This document shows, in pieces, positions 1-13,380 of a stretch of DNA of 64,000 nucleotides. Below the pieces are notes generated by a model. That model saw only the letters and a list, made by a program, of their open reading frames with translations, had not been told where the DNA came from and did no database searches. The stretch is from the human T2T-CHM13v2.0 reference genome, Homo sapiens: the NCBI RefSeq assembly GCF_009914755.1, contig NC_060937.1; one strand, 5' to 3'. Made by a program: the position numbers and the translations under genes. How positions within the stretch are numbered: position 1 is the first letter of the stretch; the number at the start of each line of letters is the position of its first letter.

Positions 1-713
1 TTTGGTGGGATGTGAAATTCTTGGTTAGAATTTATTTTATTTAAGAATGCTGAAAATAGGATCCCAGTTTCTCTTGGCTTATAAGGTTTCTAACAAGAAG
101 TCCACTTTTGGCAATCTGGGCTTCCCTTTACATGTGATGTAATAATTTTCTCCAGTTGCATTTAAAATATTTTATTTAGCATTGACCTTTGACAGTCTGT
201 TGACTATATGCCTTAGCATTGTTGACTTTTTTATAGTATCTCACAGGAGTTCTCTAGATTTCTTATATCTGGTTGTTTAGGTCTATAGCAAGATTGGGAC
301 AATTTTCTTGAATTATTCCCTCAAATATGTTTTCCATGTTGTTTACTTTTTTTCTTTCTCCCTCAGTAATGTCAATAAGTTATAGGCTTGGTCACTCTCC
401 ACAATGCCATATTTCTCAAAGACTTTTTTCATTTTTTTATAATCTTTAAAAATTTCTGTCTATGTTAGTTTGAAAGATCAGTTTCAAGCTCTGAAACTCC
501 TTATTCTGCTTGGTCCAATCTATTTATAGAACTTTCAATTGTATTTTAAAACTTTTTATGTGAGTTTTTCAATTCCAGAATCTCTGATTGATTTCCTTTT
601 AAGATGTTTATCTCTTCCTTTATTTTCTGGATTGCTTTAGAAGTTTCTTTGTGTTGATTGTCAACCTTGTTTTGGATCTTATGGAGCTTTCTTGCAATCC
701 ATGCTTTGAATTC
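1..713 (-). mobile_element. Old LINE-1 (L1M/L1PB-type) ORF1 region, left part; continues past the window edge
   Basis: T-rich sequence resembling reverse-complemented L1 ORF1. It resumes at 2291 on the other side of the L1PA insertion. Confidence 0.75.
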
Positions 714-2332
<1,619 letters not shown>

Positions 2333-2866
2333 TCACTACATCCAGATTTTTTAGGGTGCCCAAATTCTTGTGTTTGTTGGTTCCTTCTCATCTGAGACAC
2401 TAGCACTTCTAATGTTTGTAATTTGTGTGTATGTAGGGTTTTTCCCTTTTCTCCCCCCATAATATTGGGCTTTTTCTTTCCCTTTTCCTCCCCCTTGCTC
2501 CTTAGGGGTGAGACTATAGAGAATGCTAGGTAGGATCTTTTGGTTTTGCTTCCTATAGCCTTATGTACCTTTGTCAGCAGGTTTCATATTAGGCTGTGCA
2601 GTTTGTTTTGCAAGCCAGTAGATGGCACTTACAGGTAAGAACCAGCTGTGGACAATGTGGCTGGGTATATACTTGATCCCTGTTTAGTGGGAGAGGCTCT
2701 CTATTGCCTCAGGAAATGGGCTGATTGTGGCATGCACAGTGATCTGAGCTTCCTGTTCAGGTCAGGCTGAGTGGGGGCCACAATGAGCAGGGCCAGACCA
2801 GGCAGGTCCACCTACAGGTCACCCAATGACAAGCACATGCTCCAGTACTGAGGGAGAATATAATAG

Positions 2867-2972
2867 GTGGCCACCAAGTGCCCAGAGCTGTGTCTTGGCA
2901 TGGAACTGGGAGAGCAGCTCCATGGTTTCCTAGCTCCATGCCTAGGCACACCTCTGGGCACTTGGTGGCCAC
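2867..2972. repeat. Inverted repeat (hairpin), ~45-bp arms
   Basis: gtggccaccaagtgcccagag at 2867 and its exact reverse complement ending at 2972. The ORF track shows MATKCPE.CLGMELG on both strands. Confidence 0.95.
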
Positions 2973-3039
2973 TCCTGTACTCTGCCCTAAGTTCTATATA
3001 TGGGGATGAGGGTGGACTAAACTCCCAAACCAGGAGATT

Positions 3040-3445
3040 GGGTACTCCTGATGTCTGGAGATCTCCCTAGATATGGAGCAGAGAGGGCCCCCTTGCACTA
3101 AGATCTCTGTACAGGCAGGGTGGGGTGAGTCAGGTTGCTGACCTGGGCAAACAGATGCTCTGAATACCTGAAAATCTGCCTGGGCATGGAATGAGGAAGT
3201 TCTCACTGCACCACAATCTATGTCAGAAAGGGTAGAGTGGCTCAGGCTGCTGAACCAGATGAATGGGTGCTCTGAATGCCTGGAGATCTGCCTGGGTGTG
3301 GAGTGGAGAGAGCCCTGCTGCTCCATGATCTATGTTCAGGAAGGATGGGGAAGCTCAAGGCTGCTGGTTCAGGCAAGCAGGTGTACCAAATGCCCATATA
3401 TCTGCCTGGGGATGGAGCAGAGATGGCCTTTCTGCACCAAGAACT
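3040..3445. repeat. Degenerate tandem array of ~113-bp monomers (~3.5 copies) in the L1 5'UTR
   Basis: A ctggagatctgcctggg..tggag-like anchor recurs at 3055, 3168, 3280 and 3393. Confidence 0.85.
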
Positions 3446-4754
3446 CAGGGCAGCATGCTGGTACACCCAGCCATGGCACATGCAGACTGTTTCCTAGGAT
3501 CAAGTTGGTTCTGGCTACAAGTCTTGCCATCCAGGAAAAACTGCAGCTGTAGCAGCTCTCCTCCTGCCTCAGGCTTACAACAGGGGACAGCACCATTCCA
3601 GTGCTTACTGCTGAGGCACTTCCCACAGTTCTGGCTGTGGAGGCCTTTACCCCACTGCAATCTCTGGCCTGAGGGATGCTCCAATCTCTGGCCCGAGACT
3701 AATGTGTCTGTGCAGCCACATTGTTGGGTCCCCAAAGAATGGCTGACTTTGTATGCACCTGGATTAAAAATGGCATCTTCTTCCAGGTCCTGGGTCTGTG
3801 AAAATGCCTGCAGCTTTTTCCAGTGTCTTTCCCTCTCAGAGCCTCCAAGCCTCTCCCCAAGTTAGCTCCAGAGCTTGGAAGAAACAAAAGTGCTCTTTTT
3901 TGGCTTGAGTTGCTTGAATCCCAGGTGGAAAGGTGAGTCACAGGGGGAGGCGCTCTGCCTCTCTCAGGTACTGGGGCTTCACTCACTTTTTCAGCCAGAT
4001 GCTGTCACAGAGGCTGTTTGCTGGCATCCTCCTGCTAGGATTTGGGGTGTCCTTCATGGTTGCACTGTGTTGCCGTTTTTCTTCTTGCATTAGAACTCAC
4101 AAAGTTGATCTTTATGTATTATGTTGCTATTTTCAAGTGGCTGAGGCATGCTTAAAGCATCTAATCCACCATTAAGGGTCCATCCAATCTCATGTGTGAT
4201 CTATCATCATCTTCCCCAATTGAAATTTATTAATAACCCACATTCCTGCAAGAGTTGTTCACAAAACACATTAAAAAATAATTTTTGTCCTCAAATAACT
4301 TAACTGCTAAGAACATGAAATATAAATTGAGTTCTATATTTCTGGTTTGTCAGAGATGAAGTATTGAGTATCTATTTGTGCTCACTATTGAAATGATGAA
4401 TTTTTAGGTCCTGCTGTATTTTTAATTCCACAGTTTTGAGTTGAGAAAAAGTGGACCAAAGTGTCATCACAGAAAAGTATTATATTTCCTTCTCACATAA
4501 AATTTTGTGAGTTCTCAATACATCAATATTATATATACAAAGGCATAGATATTTCTTCAGATTCAGATCATTAAAAAGTCATATAATTAATGTAACTTCT
4601 CTGTTGCTAGGTCCTTTGCAATGACACTGGTTGCCAGTAAGTGGCAATCATTCTCCAGAACGTTTGAGTGGATCCAGGGATCTGGAAGTAATTGATAACA
4701 CCAGAAAGATGTGAGGAGGCAACTTGCCAAAGCTGACTTTTAAAATAATGACAA

Positions 4755-5411
4755 TTCACTGTTGGTGAGAGAGTAAATTAGTTCAACCATTGTGGAAAGC
4801 AGTGTGGCAATTCCTCAAATAGCTAAAAACGGAATTACCATTTGATCCAGCAATCCCATTACTGGATATATATCCAAATGAATAGAAATCATTTAATATA
4901 AAATGAATAGAAATATTCTGTAAATATTATCAAGACACATGCAGGCATATGTTAACTGCAGCACAATTCACAACAGCAAAGACAAGGAATCAACCTAAAT
5001 GTCCATCAGCAGTTGACTGGATAAACAAATGTGGTACATATACACAATGCAATACTATGCAGCCATAAATAAAGAACAAGATCATGTCCTTTGCAGGAAC
5101 ATGGATGGAGCTAGAAGCCGTTATTCTTAGCAAACTAACGCAAGAACAGAAAACTAAATACCACATGTTCTCATGTATAAGTGAGTGCTAAATGATGAGA
5201 ACACATGGACACAGAGAGAAACAACAGACACTGAGGCCTACCTGAGAGTGGAGGGTGGGAGGAGAGAGAAGATGAGGAAAAAATAACTAATAGGACTAGG
5301 CTTAATACCTGGGTGATGAAATAATCTGTACAACAAATCTTCATGACACAAGTTTACCTATATAACAAACCTGTACATGCAACCCTGAATTTAAAATAAA
5401 AGTTTAAAAAA
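4755..5411 (+). mobile_element. L1 3' fragment (L1PA15/16-like)
   Basis: ORF2 end (caaccattgtggaaagcagtgtggcaattcc) and 3'UTR (ggcttaatacctgggtgatgaaataatctgtacaac...aaaataaaagtt). Confidence 0.9.
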
Positions 5412-5422
5412 GTGGTGACATT

Positions 5423-5545
5423 GGCCAGGAGTGGTGGCTCACACCAGCATTTTTGGAGACTGGAGTGGGAGGATCACTTGCGGTCAGGAGTTCAAAACCA
5501 GTTTAGACAACATAGTGAGACCCCACCTCTACAAAATGAAAATAA
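5423..5545 (+). mobile_element. Alu left monomer (FLAM_C/AluJ-like)
   Basis: ggccaggagtggtggctcacac...ggaggatcacttg...caacatagtgagaccccacctctacaaaa. Confidence 0.85.
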
Positions 5546-7032
5546 TATTTTTTTAAAAATAAGTAAATAAAGGGTAACACACACAACATGTAAAATGGAT
5601 ATCATTATCACCAAAATCATTAACTAAACAGCCAATTGAGCATGATGTTTGGCTTCTATCAACCAGGAAAAACCTTGTCAGTAAATAACTTCTCACATGA
5701 TCATCCTTGGTGATCAAAATCCCCCAGTGGTTACAGAGGGATATCTGAATTTGATGAAGTATATTTGGGCTCCTGGCAATATTTGTCATTGACTCGTGCA
5801 ATACTAAATATTTTGTTTTGCCATTTTCAAGATGAAATTATACTTAAGAGTCTGGAGCTGAAAAATCAACTGATTCCTCTTGACCTTCACCTACCACTTG
5901 GGAAAAAAATTACTCTCAAAATACAAATATATTTGTTGCTTTATAACATTATGGATTATAATGCATGTTATTGCTACTACTGCTTTAATATTAAGATTAA
6001 GTCAATTAGAATTAAGTAAATCAAAGACATCATATGATCAGTATGTACTTTCATCATTATATATCGTTTCATAAAAATGTGGTAAAGAACAAGAACCCAA
6101 CTGGTGTTGCGACCTATGGGTGGTGAGGGTGGTGGTCAGCAGAGCTGCAGCCAAAATCTGTTTTCCCACACAGAGTAAGAATTTATCTCTATTTTAAGAA
6201 AATTCCCAAATTATTTCTTATGTAGCTTTGAAATGGTCTCAAGTCAAAGTTGAAAGACTAATAGGCTTAATTTGTAGGTTAGCCTTATAACCAGTCTAAA
6301 TATTCTACATTATAGAGATAAAATATTATGATTGATTTTCCCTTTATATTTGTAAAACTACAGATGAAATAAAGAGTCATCATATCATAGAGCATAATTC
6401 TGCCTCTTTTATAATATATTAGATGCCCAGCTCCTCAGAGAAAGTTAAATTAAGTCAATCTCTTAAAAAAAAAAAAGGATGGATCCTATAGATTGCTTCC
6501 AGTCTTAAATTATTAAGATTATTGAGTATTTCTCAAAATAAAAAAACCTCCAGCTCATTTCAATTAATTTCAAATCATAGAATATAAACAAAATAGTGAT
6601 TTGCTTGATTCAAATATATGCAGAATTATTAGATGTGGTTTCCTTTATAGGATCCATTATTATAGCTGAATTTTAAATTCATTTTCTCTGTGTAGGATTT
6701 CATTATGAGGTACACATTCTGATTTCTTTCATTCTTTGGAGCTTTGTAATGCCCAAGGCTTTTTTCAAGTAGATATTTTTTGAAACAAACAAACAAAAAT
6801 CATTTCAACTATAACTTCAGCTCGAAATAAAAACCTTAGGGTTTTGGTAGGCAAATAAATTCTGAAAATGTAAATCCTGAAAGAAAAAAGAATGAAACTT
6901 GACCAGTTTAACCATGAGATCTCAACATCACTTTTAAGCCTCATGGAAACATTGAGAGATTCTGTGGTATTCCCAAAAAACTAAGAGAAATTGATTAGGT
7001 TATGCATGAAAACACACTCCCAAGTAGTTCAC

Positions 7033-7275
7033 TGCAGAGTAATGCATATTGAAAAAGATCGTTTAAAGTTCCCACACACTAATGGGTCTGATGGGCTCTT
7101 GAATTAGCTGGCATCTCTCCCGAAAAAGATCTAGGCGTCATTATGAACAACTCAATTAAGATGTCTGCTCAATGGGCGACATTGGGCCAAAAAGCGAATA
7201 GGCTGCTTGGATGAATTAATAAAGGCAGAGATAATGTGGAAATATTATAATGGCCTTGCATAAACCTTGATGAGT
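7033..7275 (+). mobile_element. Ancient CR1/L3 LINE fragment (C-terminal part of ORF2/RT)
   Basis: Translates with frameshifts as CRVMHIEK...LMGS/ELAGISPEKDLGVIMNNSIKMSAQWATLGQKANRLLG*INKG.../NIIMALHK, matching the CR1 motifs CKVMHIG, ERDLGV, KMSAQC, KANRMLGCI and IIMPLYK. Confidence 0.8.
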
Positions 7276-7684
7276 AGGGCTAGTTTCAATACCTCCTGCC
7301 TAAATTTAGACAAACAAATCAGCTTCTCCCATCATGGATCAGTTGACTCATTTCCAAAGCAACTCTCTGGATACAGTTTTCCCGAATCAGGGAGGCAGTA
7401 GCCAGGTGCCTTATAACATCAGAACCATTGCTCTTACCACATCTGTTTGGCTGCTGATGCTTTTGGATGGGATCTGCTCACCTTTTTTCTTCTGACTCAG
7501 CTTAGGCAAACTTGCAGCCTATTTGTAGAATGAAAATTGGGAAGAAAAAATGGGATGGCACACATAAATCTAATACCCCAGGAGCAACATATTTATAAAC
7601 ATTTCATGGATTTATAATTCTGTCTTGGAGATGGGTTCAAAAAGTTTTCAAATACATTCAAGTTTTCCCCAATTAAAAAAAAAC

Positions 7685-8065
7685 ATGAGTATGTTCATAT
7701 AATGGAACATTGTAGAGCAATGAGTATAGGCAAACCACAACTACAGGCAACAAGAGAAATGAATCTCACAAACAATGTTGAGCAAAAGAGGCCAGCCAAA
7801 AATGAGAAGTTAGTGTATGAGTCCATTTATATAAAGTTCAAGTACAAGCAAAATTCATCTATTGCATAAGAAGCCAGGATATAAGTTACCCTTGGGGAAC
7901 TGGTGATTGAAAGGGAGATTAAGGGAGGGAGAGGTTCCAGGTTGTTCATATTCTTTAGTAACTGAGTGCTGGTTTGGTGGGTTTATGCACTTTGTAAAAA
8001 TTCATTGAGCTGTTCTCTTATAGTTTATGTACTTTTCTATGTGTGTTAACTATAATTAAAAATAT
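7685..8065 (+). mobile_element. L1ME-type 3'UTR fragment
   Basis: atgaatctcacaaacaatgttgagcaaaagaggccag...gtaaaaattcattgagctg...tatgtacttttctatgtgtg. Confidence 0.8.
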
Positions 8066-8730
8066 AATGTTTTCTCAAAAACACCATGTTTTCCATTGCA
8101 AATTATAATAAACTAATTTCATCCAAGTCATTCCTTTTTCCTCCAATAGCTTCTGCCTCAAAATAAGGAGGAAAAAAAATGTACCTGTCTAAGGTAAGCA
8201 TAATCAGTATTATGCAACCCACTTTCTGTGTAAGAAAATTTACATTTCTTTTAAAAAGCCTAAAATAAAAGAAGACACATTTAATCTCATGTCCTTTAGA
8301 TCCATTTGGGCTTCTTGCACCAACTCTTGCCAAGAGTCAAACATATCTATGATGGCTGTGTTACATGTATGTCTCTGTGTGTGTGTGTATGTGGGTGTTT
8401 AGTTTTATGTTATCTTTTATTAATGATTCTTTCCAGCAGCTCAGTTAAGAAACAAATTTCCACAGAAAATGTTGAAATCAGATGCACCGAAGTTGTTCCC
8501 AGTTACCAAATGAGCTGGTATCAAATTCTCCCACCAGCTTGTGTGTCATGCTTAAACATTTTTAATCAAAGCTGTTTAGCATCTGACATCTCCTATGATA
8601 CAGAAACTTAAAACCTAAAAAGGCCAGAGTCCTAGAAAAGCTAAGTGATCTGAGTCGTTTTGACTTTTAGCATTCAAATTGAGATTAGTCCCAATCTCTA
8701 AACTGTCAAACTAATGTTTAGTTCAGTAGA

Positions 8731-8930
8731 CCAGTACTACTCAAATTGTTTGTTACTGGTACAGATATTGAGAATACATGATTAAAACCTTTTATAACAA
8801 TTTGGCATATTGCCATGACAGCCAAGAGCATGATTTTGTATTTTACCAAAATATTAGTCTATAATAGATTAAGGTTTAAAAACAAACAGATTAATAAAGA
8901 AATTGCCTTCCTCCATGGATTATTTGAATG
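8731..8930 (+). mobile_element. hAT-Charlie non-autonomous DNA transposon remnant
   Basis: Starts cagtactactcaaa (hAT-type TIR); internal ttttataacaatttggcatattgccatgacagccaag resembles Charlie4-type consensus. Confidence 0.55.
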
Positions 8931-10266
8931 GTGGGATACTAGGCTATGTAGAATCATAGCCTCTGGAAGAGTAATTTAGCATTTCAGTCAGGATCTCCTG
9001 CACTTTCAATTTTAGCCTCTGAAGCTCCAGGTAAGAGAGTTGAAATAAGCAAATCAACATGAAATCAAAACACACCCACATGGGAAATGCTGAGACTCAC
9101 CTTTCCACACTTTGACATATTAATATGTTTCAACTTTCTATTTCCCTCTGGTGGCTCTTGGTTCATAAAACTGAGGAGGGCCTGAGAGACTAAACACCAG
9201 CAAAAGGCAAAATCGACTAAGTGTCTTGCCTTCCTCTTAAGTTGGTAGATAAAAACCTTGAATTCTTTTTGGTATTCTTGTTTCATCTGAGGTTTGTTTC
9301 GGATTTTTTTTTCTTTGTAAGATTATCTGCTGTATTTGGATATTGTCAGTAAAGAACTGTGATTTTAAAAAACTGTAATGTGGAGATACACATATATATG
9401 CGTATCAATTACTTAAGATTAACAATCATAACCATCAGATAGGCAAAGAGAGCGAAGTGGGTAGAATAACATAGCAATCTAAGAAATAAAATAAGGAAAA
9501 TTTTTGTTGATAGTTTGTACTTTCTTTCACTTTGAAGGAGGGATACTTTGCTGTCTACCCTATCAGATGTCAAATCATTAACATCTACTTTTTGGATAAG
9601 TGTTTACCAAAATGTGAATTCAGAATTGGTCTAAGTGTGGTCCTCTAGAGCCTATCAATAAAGGAAACGCAAAACAGCATTGATTTCACTGCTGCCAAAG
9701 TGCCCAGCTTCGATCTACGACCATATTGACCCCATTCCCAGAACAACATGTAAGAAAATTTATACAACAGCAGCATCAAGTCACTTCAGTTATGCCATCT
9801 GTGAATATCAAAGAGAATTTGATTTTCAGATTGTGCTAATACATTGGTTGAAAATACTGCAATTCCTGTCAAAACAATGCTGTGGGAGAATAGTGCAGAT
9901 GCATTTGATAACTTTGATTTCCTCTTGGGTAATAATGTCATATGCATCCCCTCAACAGAGTTACATTAAGGAGATTTTAAGAGTTCCTGGATGGGGGGAT
10001 GTGATGTTGAAACCAATTATAATTCTTAAGGCTATATATTCCATGTTTATATTTAGTGACACCAAAAGGTGTTTATAATATGTTGTTAGTAAGAGACAAG
10101 TTATAATACAATATCTATAATGTGATTCCATTTTGCTAATGTGCACTGGGGGAAAATACCTAAAAGATATATATTCAAAAATTTAATGGCAGTGTCCTCT
10201 TAGTGATAGTATTATTCAGTTAGAGCTCCTCTAAAATACTTAGAATTGTGCTAGAATGGTATAATG

Positions 10267-10763
10267 CAGTGATCCCCAACCTTTTTGGCACCAGGGACCA
10301 GTTTTGTGGAAGACAATTCTTCCACAGACCGGGATCAGTGGATGGTTTCAGGATAATTCAAGTGCATTGCATTTATTGTGCACTTTATTTCTATTATTAT
10401 TGCATTGTAATATATAATGAAATATTAATAATTATACAACTCACTATAATGCATTATAGAATCAGTGAGAGTCCTGAGCTTGTTTTCCTGCAACTACATG
10501 GTCCCATCTGGGGTGATGGGAGACAGCAACAGATCATCAGGCATTAGATTCTCATAAGGAGCACGAGACCTAGATCCCTCACATGCGCAGTTCGCAATAG
10601 GGTTTGTGCTCTCGTGAGACTCTAAGGCTGCTGCTGATCTGACAGGAGGAAGAGCTCAGGCGGTAATGCTCACTGCCTGACCACTCAGCATCCCCTGTTC
10701 AGCCTGGTTCCTAACAGGTCACAGACCACTACTGGTCTATGATCCAGGGTTTGGGGACCCCTG
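10267..10763 (+). mobile_element. MER1A (hAT-Charlie) DNA transposon
   Basis: TIRs cagtgatccccaacc / ggtttggggacccctg; 8-bp TSD gtataatg/ctataatg; typical MER1A internal sequence. Confidence 0.93.
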
Positions 10764-11004
10764 CTATAATGGAGGTCACAGAAAAAATGGAGACTTGCTT
10801 CCCTTTCTTTCCCAGGTTACAGAATCTTCACAAGTGCTAGTAGAAGCAAGCATAGGATTCAGTAACCAAACTTCTAAAAGAATATGAAATGTAAAAAGGG
10901 TGTGTGAAATTGTGTAGAATTGTCTCAAAAGTATATAAAAACTTCTATTCTTAAAAACGTTTCTTTTAAAAAGAAGAAGAAAGGAGAGCTTGAAAGAGTG
11001 TTGC

Positions 11005-11205
11005 TGGTCAGCTGGTTTGATTTCTGTCCCTACCACTTATGAGCAGGTTGCTTAACATCTCTGAGTCCCAGTTTTCTCTTCTGTAAAATGAGGATAATAG
11101 TAACTACCTCATAGAGACTTTAAGTAAAAGCAGACTCTGTACTAAAAGAGTTTATCACATTGCCTTACACAAATTAAATCCTCAGTAAATAGTCACCATA
11201 ACAAT
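11005..11205 (+). mobile_element. MIR SINE
   Basis: Core cttaacatctctgagtcccagttttctcttctgtaaaatgaggataatag. Confidence 0.8.
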
Positions 11206-13162
11206 AATTGCTATTCTTAGAGAAGAGCTTTGCTGCTGTCCCCTCCAGACTCCTGTCATGGCCAACAATGAGCCCATTCCTCTGCTCTTTCCTTTGGCCC
11301 TCTTCCCATTTGGGGCCATATGACAAGTTCTATACCTGCACCATTGTATTTGTGCATAGAGAGGAAGCCCTTTCTCCCCTTTTACCAACATTTCCTTTGG
11401 GAAAAATTGAAGGCAACATATTATCCATATAACCAAATGTCATTGAGTCTAGTGCACTTAGAGGAAAGAAAGAGAACACAATGTCAGACTTTTTAAAAAA
11501 TTAAATATAATAATGATGTTAATTAGGGATGGTAGAATAGCCTACATAATCTGCTCTGAACATTTCTGAACAAATAGGAGCTCCTCCAAAAAATCAGAGG
11601 ATCTTAAAAAAGGAACTCTATATAGAGCAAGTAAGTATGTTGCAAATTATATGTAAGCCATTTTGGACAAGCACATTTCTTAGGTTCTTTATGGTAGTTC
11701 CTGAAGAAATTTGAGATGGGTGAGAGGATTCCATTCCTACCTCTGCACAATACAGCTTTGCCAATGAAAACTACTTCAAGCCCAATTCTTTCACACATTC
11801 AGCATTCATTAGCAAGTAACCCTCAACACACTTCATACAATCTGTTCAGTGAACTCAGTGTCCTTTTAGGCAATTCTGAGATGTGACCATATTTTAGAAG
11901 CCGATTTTTATTACCCTTATAGTTGGTACCAGGCCACTAAGCTTCTTAAACCAATAGCTGAGCTCAGGAGCCATTTAGGACTTCATATCCTGTGCCTAAA
12001 GGTACTGGCTACCAACAATACTGGATTCTTAATCCTTGTTCATGCAAGGAGAAGGAAAAGGGAATAGGATTTTAAAAAATATTTTGGCCAATTCACATGT
12101 TTTGTGTACTTTAACATCACAGTGAGAACCCATCTCTGATATTAAACATACTAAATAACAAGCCACCAATTTCACCAATAATAACCCATTTTTGACATTC
12201 ACTGTGTTAACTAACATCACCTAACATGTTAGTTGAAATGGATAGTTTGCTATACATCTTGGGGTAGCCATCTCTGGAGCGTGGCCCATCTGATAAAATG
12301 TTAGCCCACCATCTTTGGAGAATGGATTCTTTATAAACACAATTGATTGTTTCTGGAACTAAACATTAAACCAGTTGGCACATACAGAATACTAATACTC
12401 TACTTTCTCTACACTGAAGTATTATATACTATTAAAAACATGGTAATGAAATATAATGCATTTGAGTTAATTAAAAATGAGTAGCTCTTGAGCACCTATG
12501 TGTATGAGCCCTGCTAAAAACTTGGGGAGGATAAAAACGATAAACAAGCACTTTGGTATTTAGCCATTCATTACACCAGCTTCAGTATCCTTGATTTATC
12601 AATCTAGAGATACATATGACTGAATCATTCATCAATTGTTTCCAGCCTCTTGTTAAATGTTCTTCACATCCAAATTCATTTTCAAGAATCTGATTTGTCA
12701 CTTGGCCAGAATTCTCATTTTCTTGAGACCAATAGATAAAGCCTGTTTATAAATTTATTGTTTAACTAATATTGCCTTACCTGTTTCCTGGGGGGAAAAA
12801 GCAGCTATCTTTCATCTCAGTCCAAGAAGACTATAGGAACTTAGGCCTGTCCTAAAGAATAAAAATACTATCTTTAAATTATGCCCCAGCCAAGATCAAT
12901 TTTCCAGTTGAAATGAGCTTCAACAATCTAAGTAGCAGGATTATGATCTACATTGTATCTTTCCCTCTTTGTGAGAATTTAACAGTTTTGTGTGGGTCTA
13001 CTCCTCCTCTTGCTTTCATCCTTTGTGAACATTTTAAAACTAACACTTAATAGAATGTGGCCTCTTCATTTCACACAATGTTAACACAAGGGGCTACAGT
13101 GTGAAGTAATGAGACTTTTGGGCTCTTGGTAGTAGATACAACTGTATCTACATATCTACTAC

Positions 13163-13380
13163 TTTTTGACCATTTACAATGAGCCAGATGTTTTGCTAAG
13201 TACTTTACAAGTATGTCATTTAATCCTCACATCCTATGAGGGGGCTTTTATAATCTCTATTTTACAGATAAGATACTGAGGTATTAGAAATTTAAGCCAC
13301 TTACCAAAGTTACACAGTTAGTGAATGATGGAAGTGAATTCTAACTCAGGTCTCACTCTCACAGCCAGCCCTCTTACTAC
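13163..13380 (-). mobile_element. MIR SINE
   Basis: catttaatcctcac...attttacagataagatactgagg...ttaccaaagttacacagttagtg. Confidence 0.85.

Noticed and set aside
3040-3445. Regularly spaced repeats suggestive of a CRISPR-like array
   Set aside because: Whole monomers are homologous, there are no unique spacers or cas genes, and the context is a primate L1.
2757-4175. Cluster of overlapping 67-177 aa ORFs on both strands
   Set aside because: They lie in a GC-rich L1 5'UTR with tandem and inverted repeats, where stop codons are scarce. There is no recognisable protein similarity.
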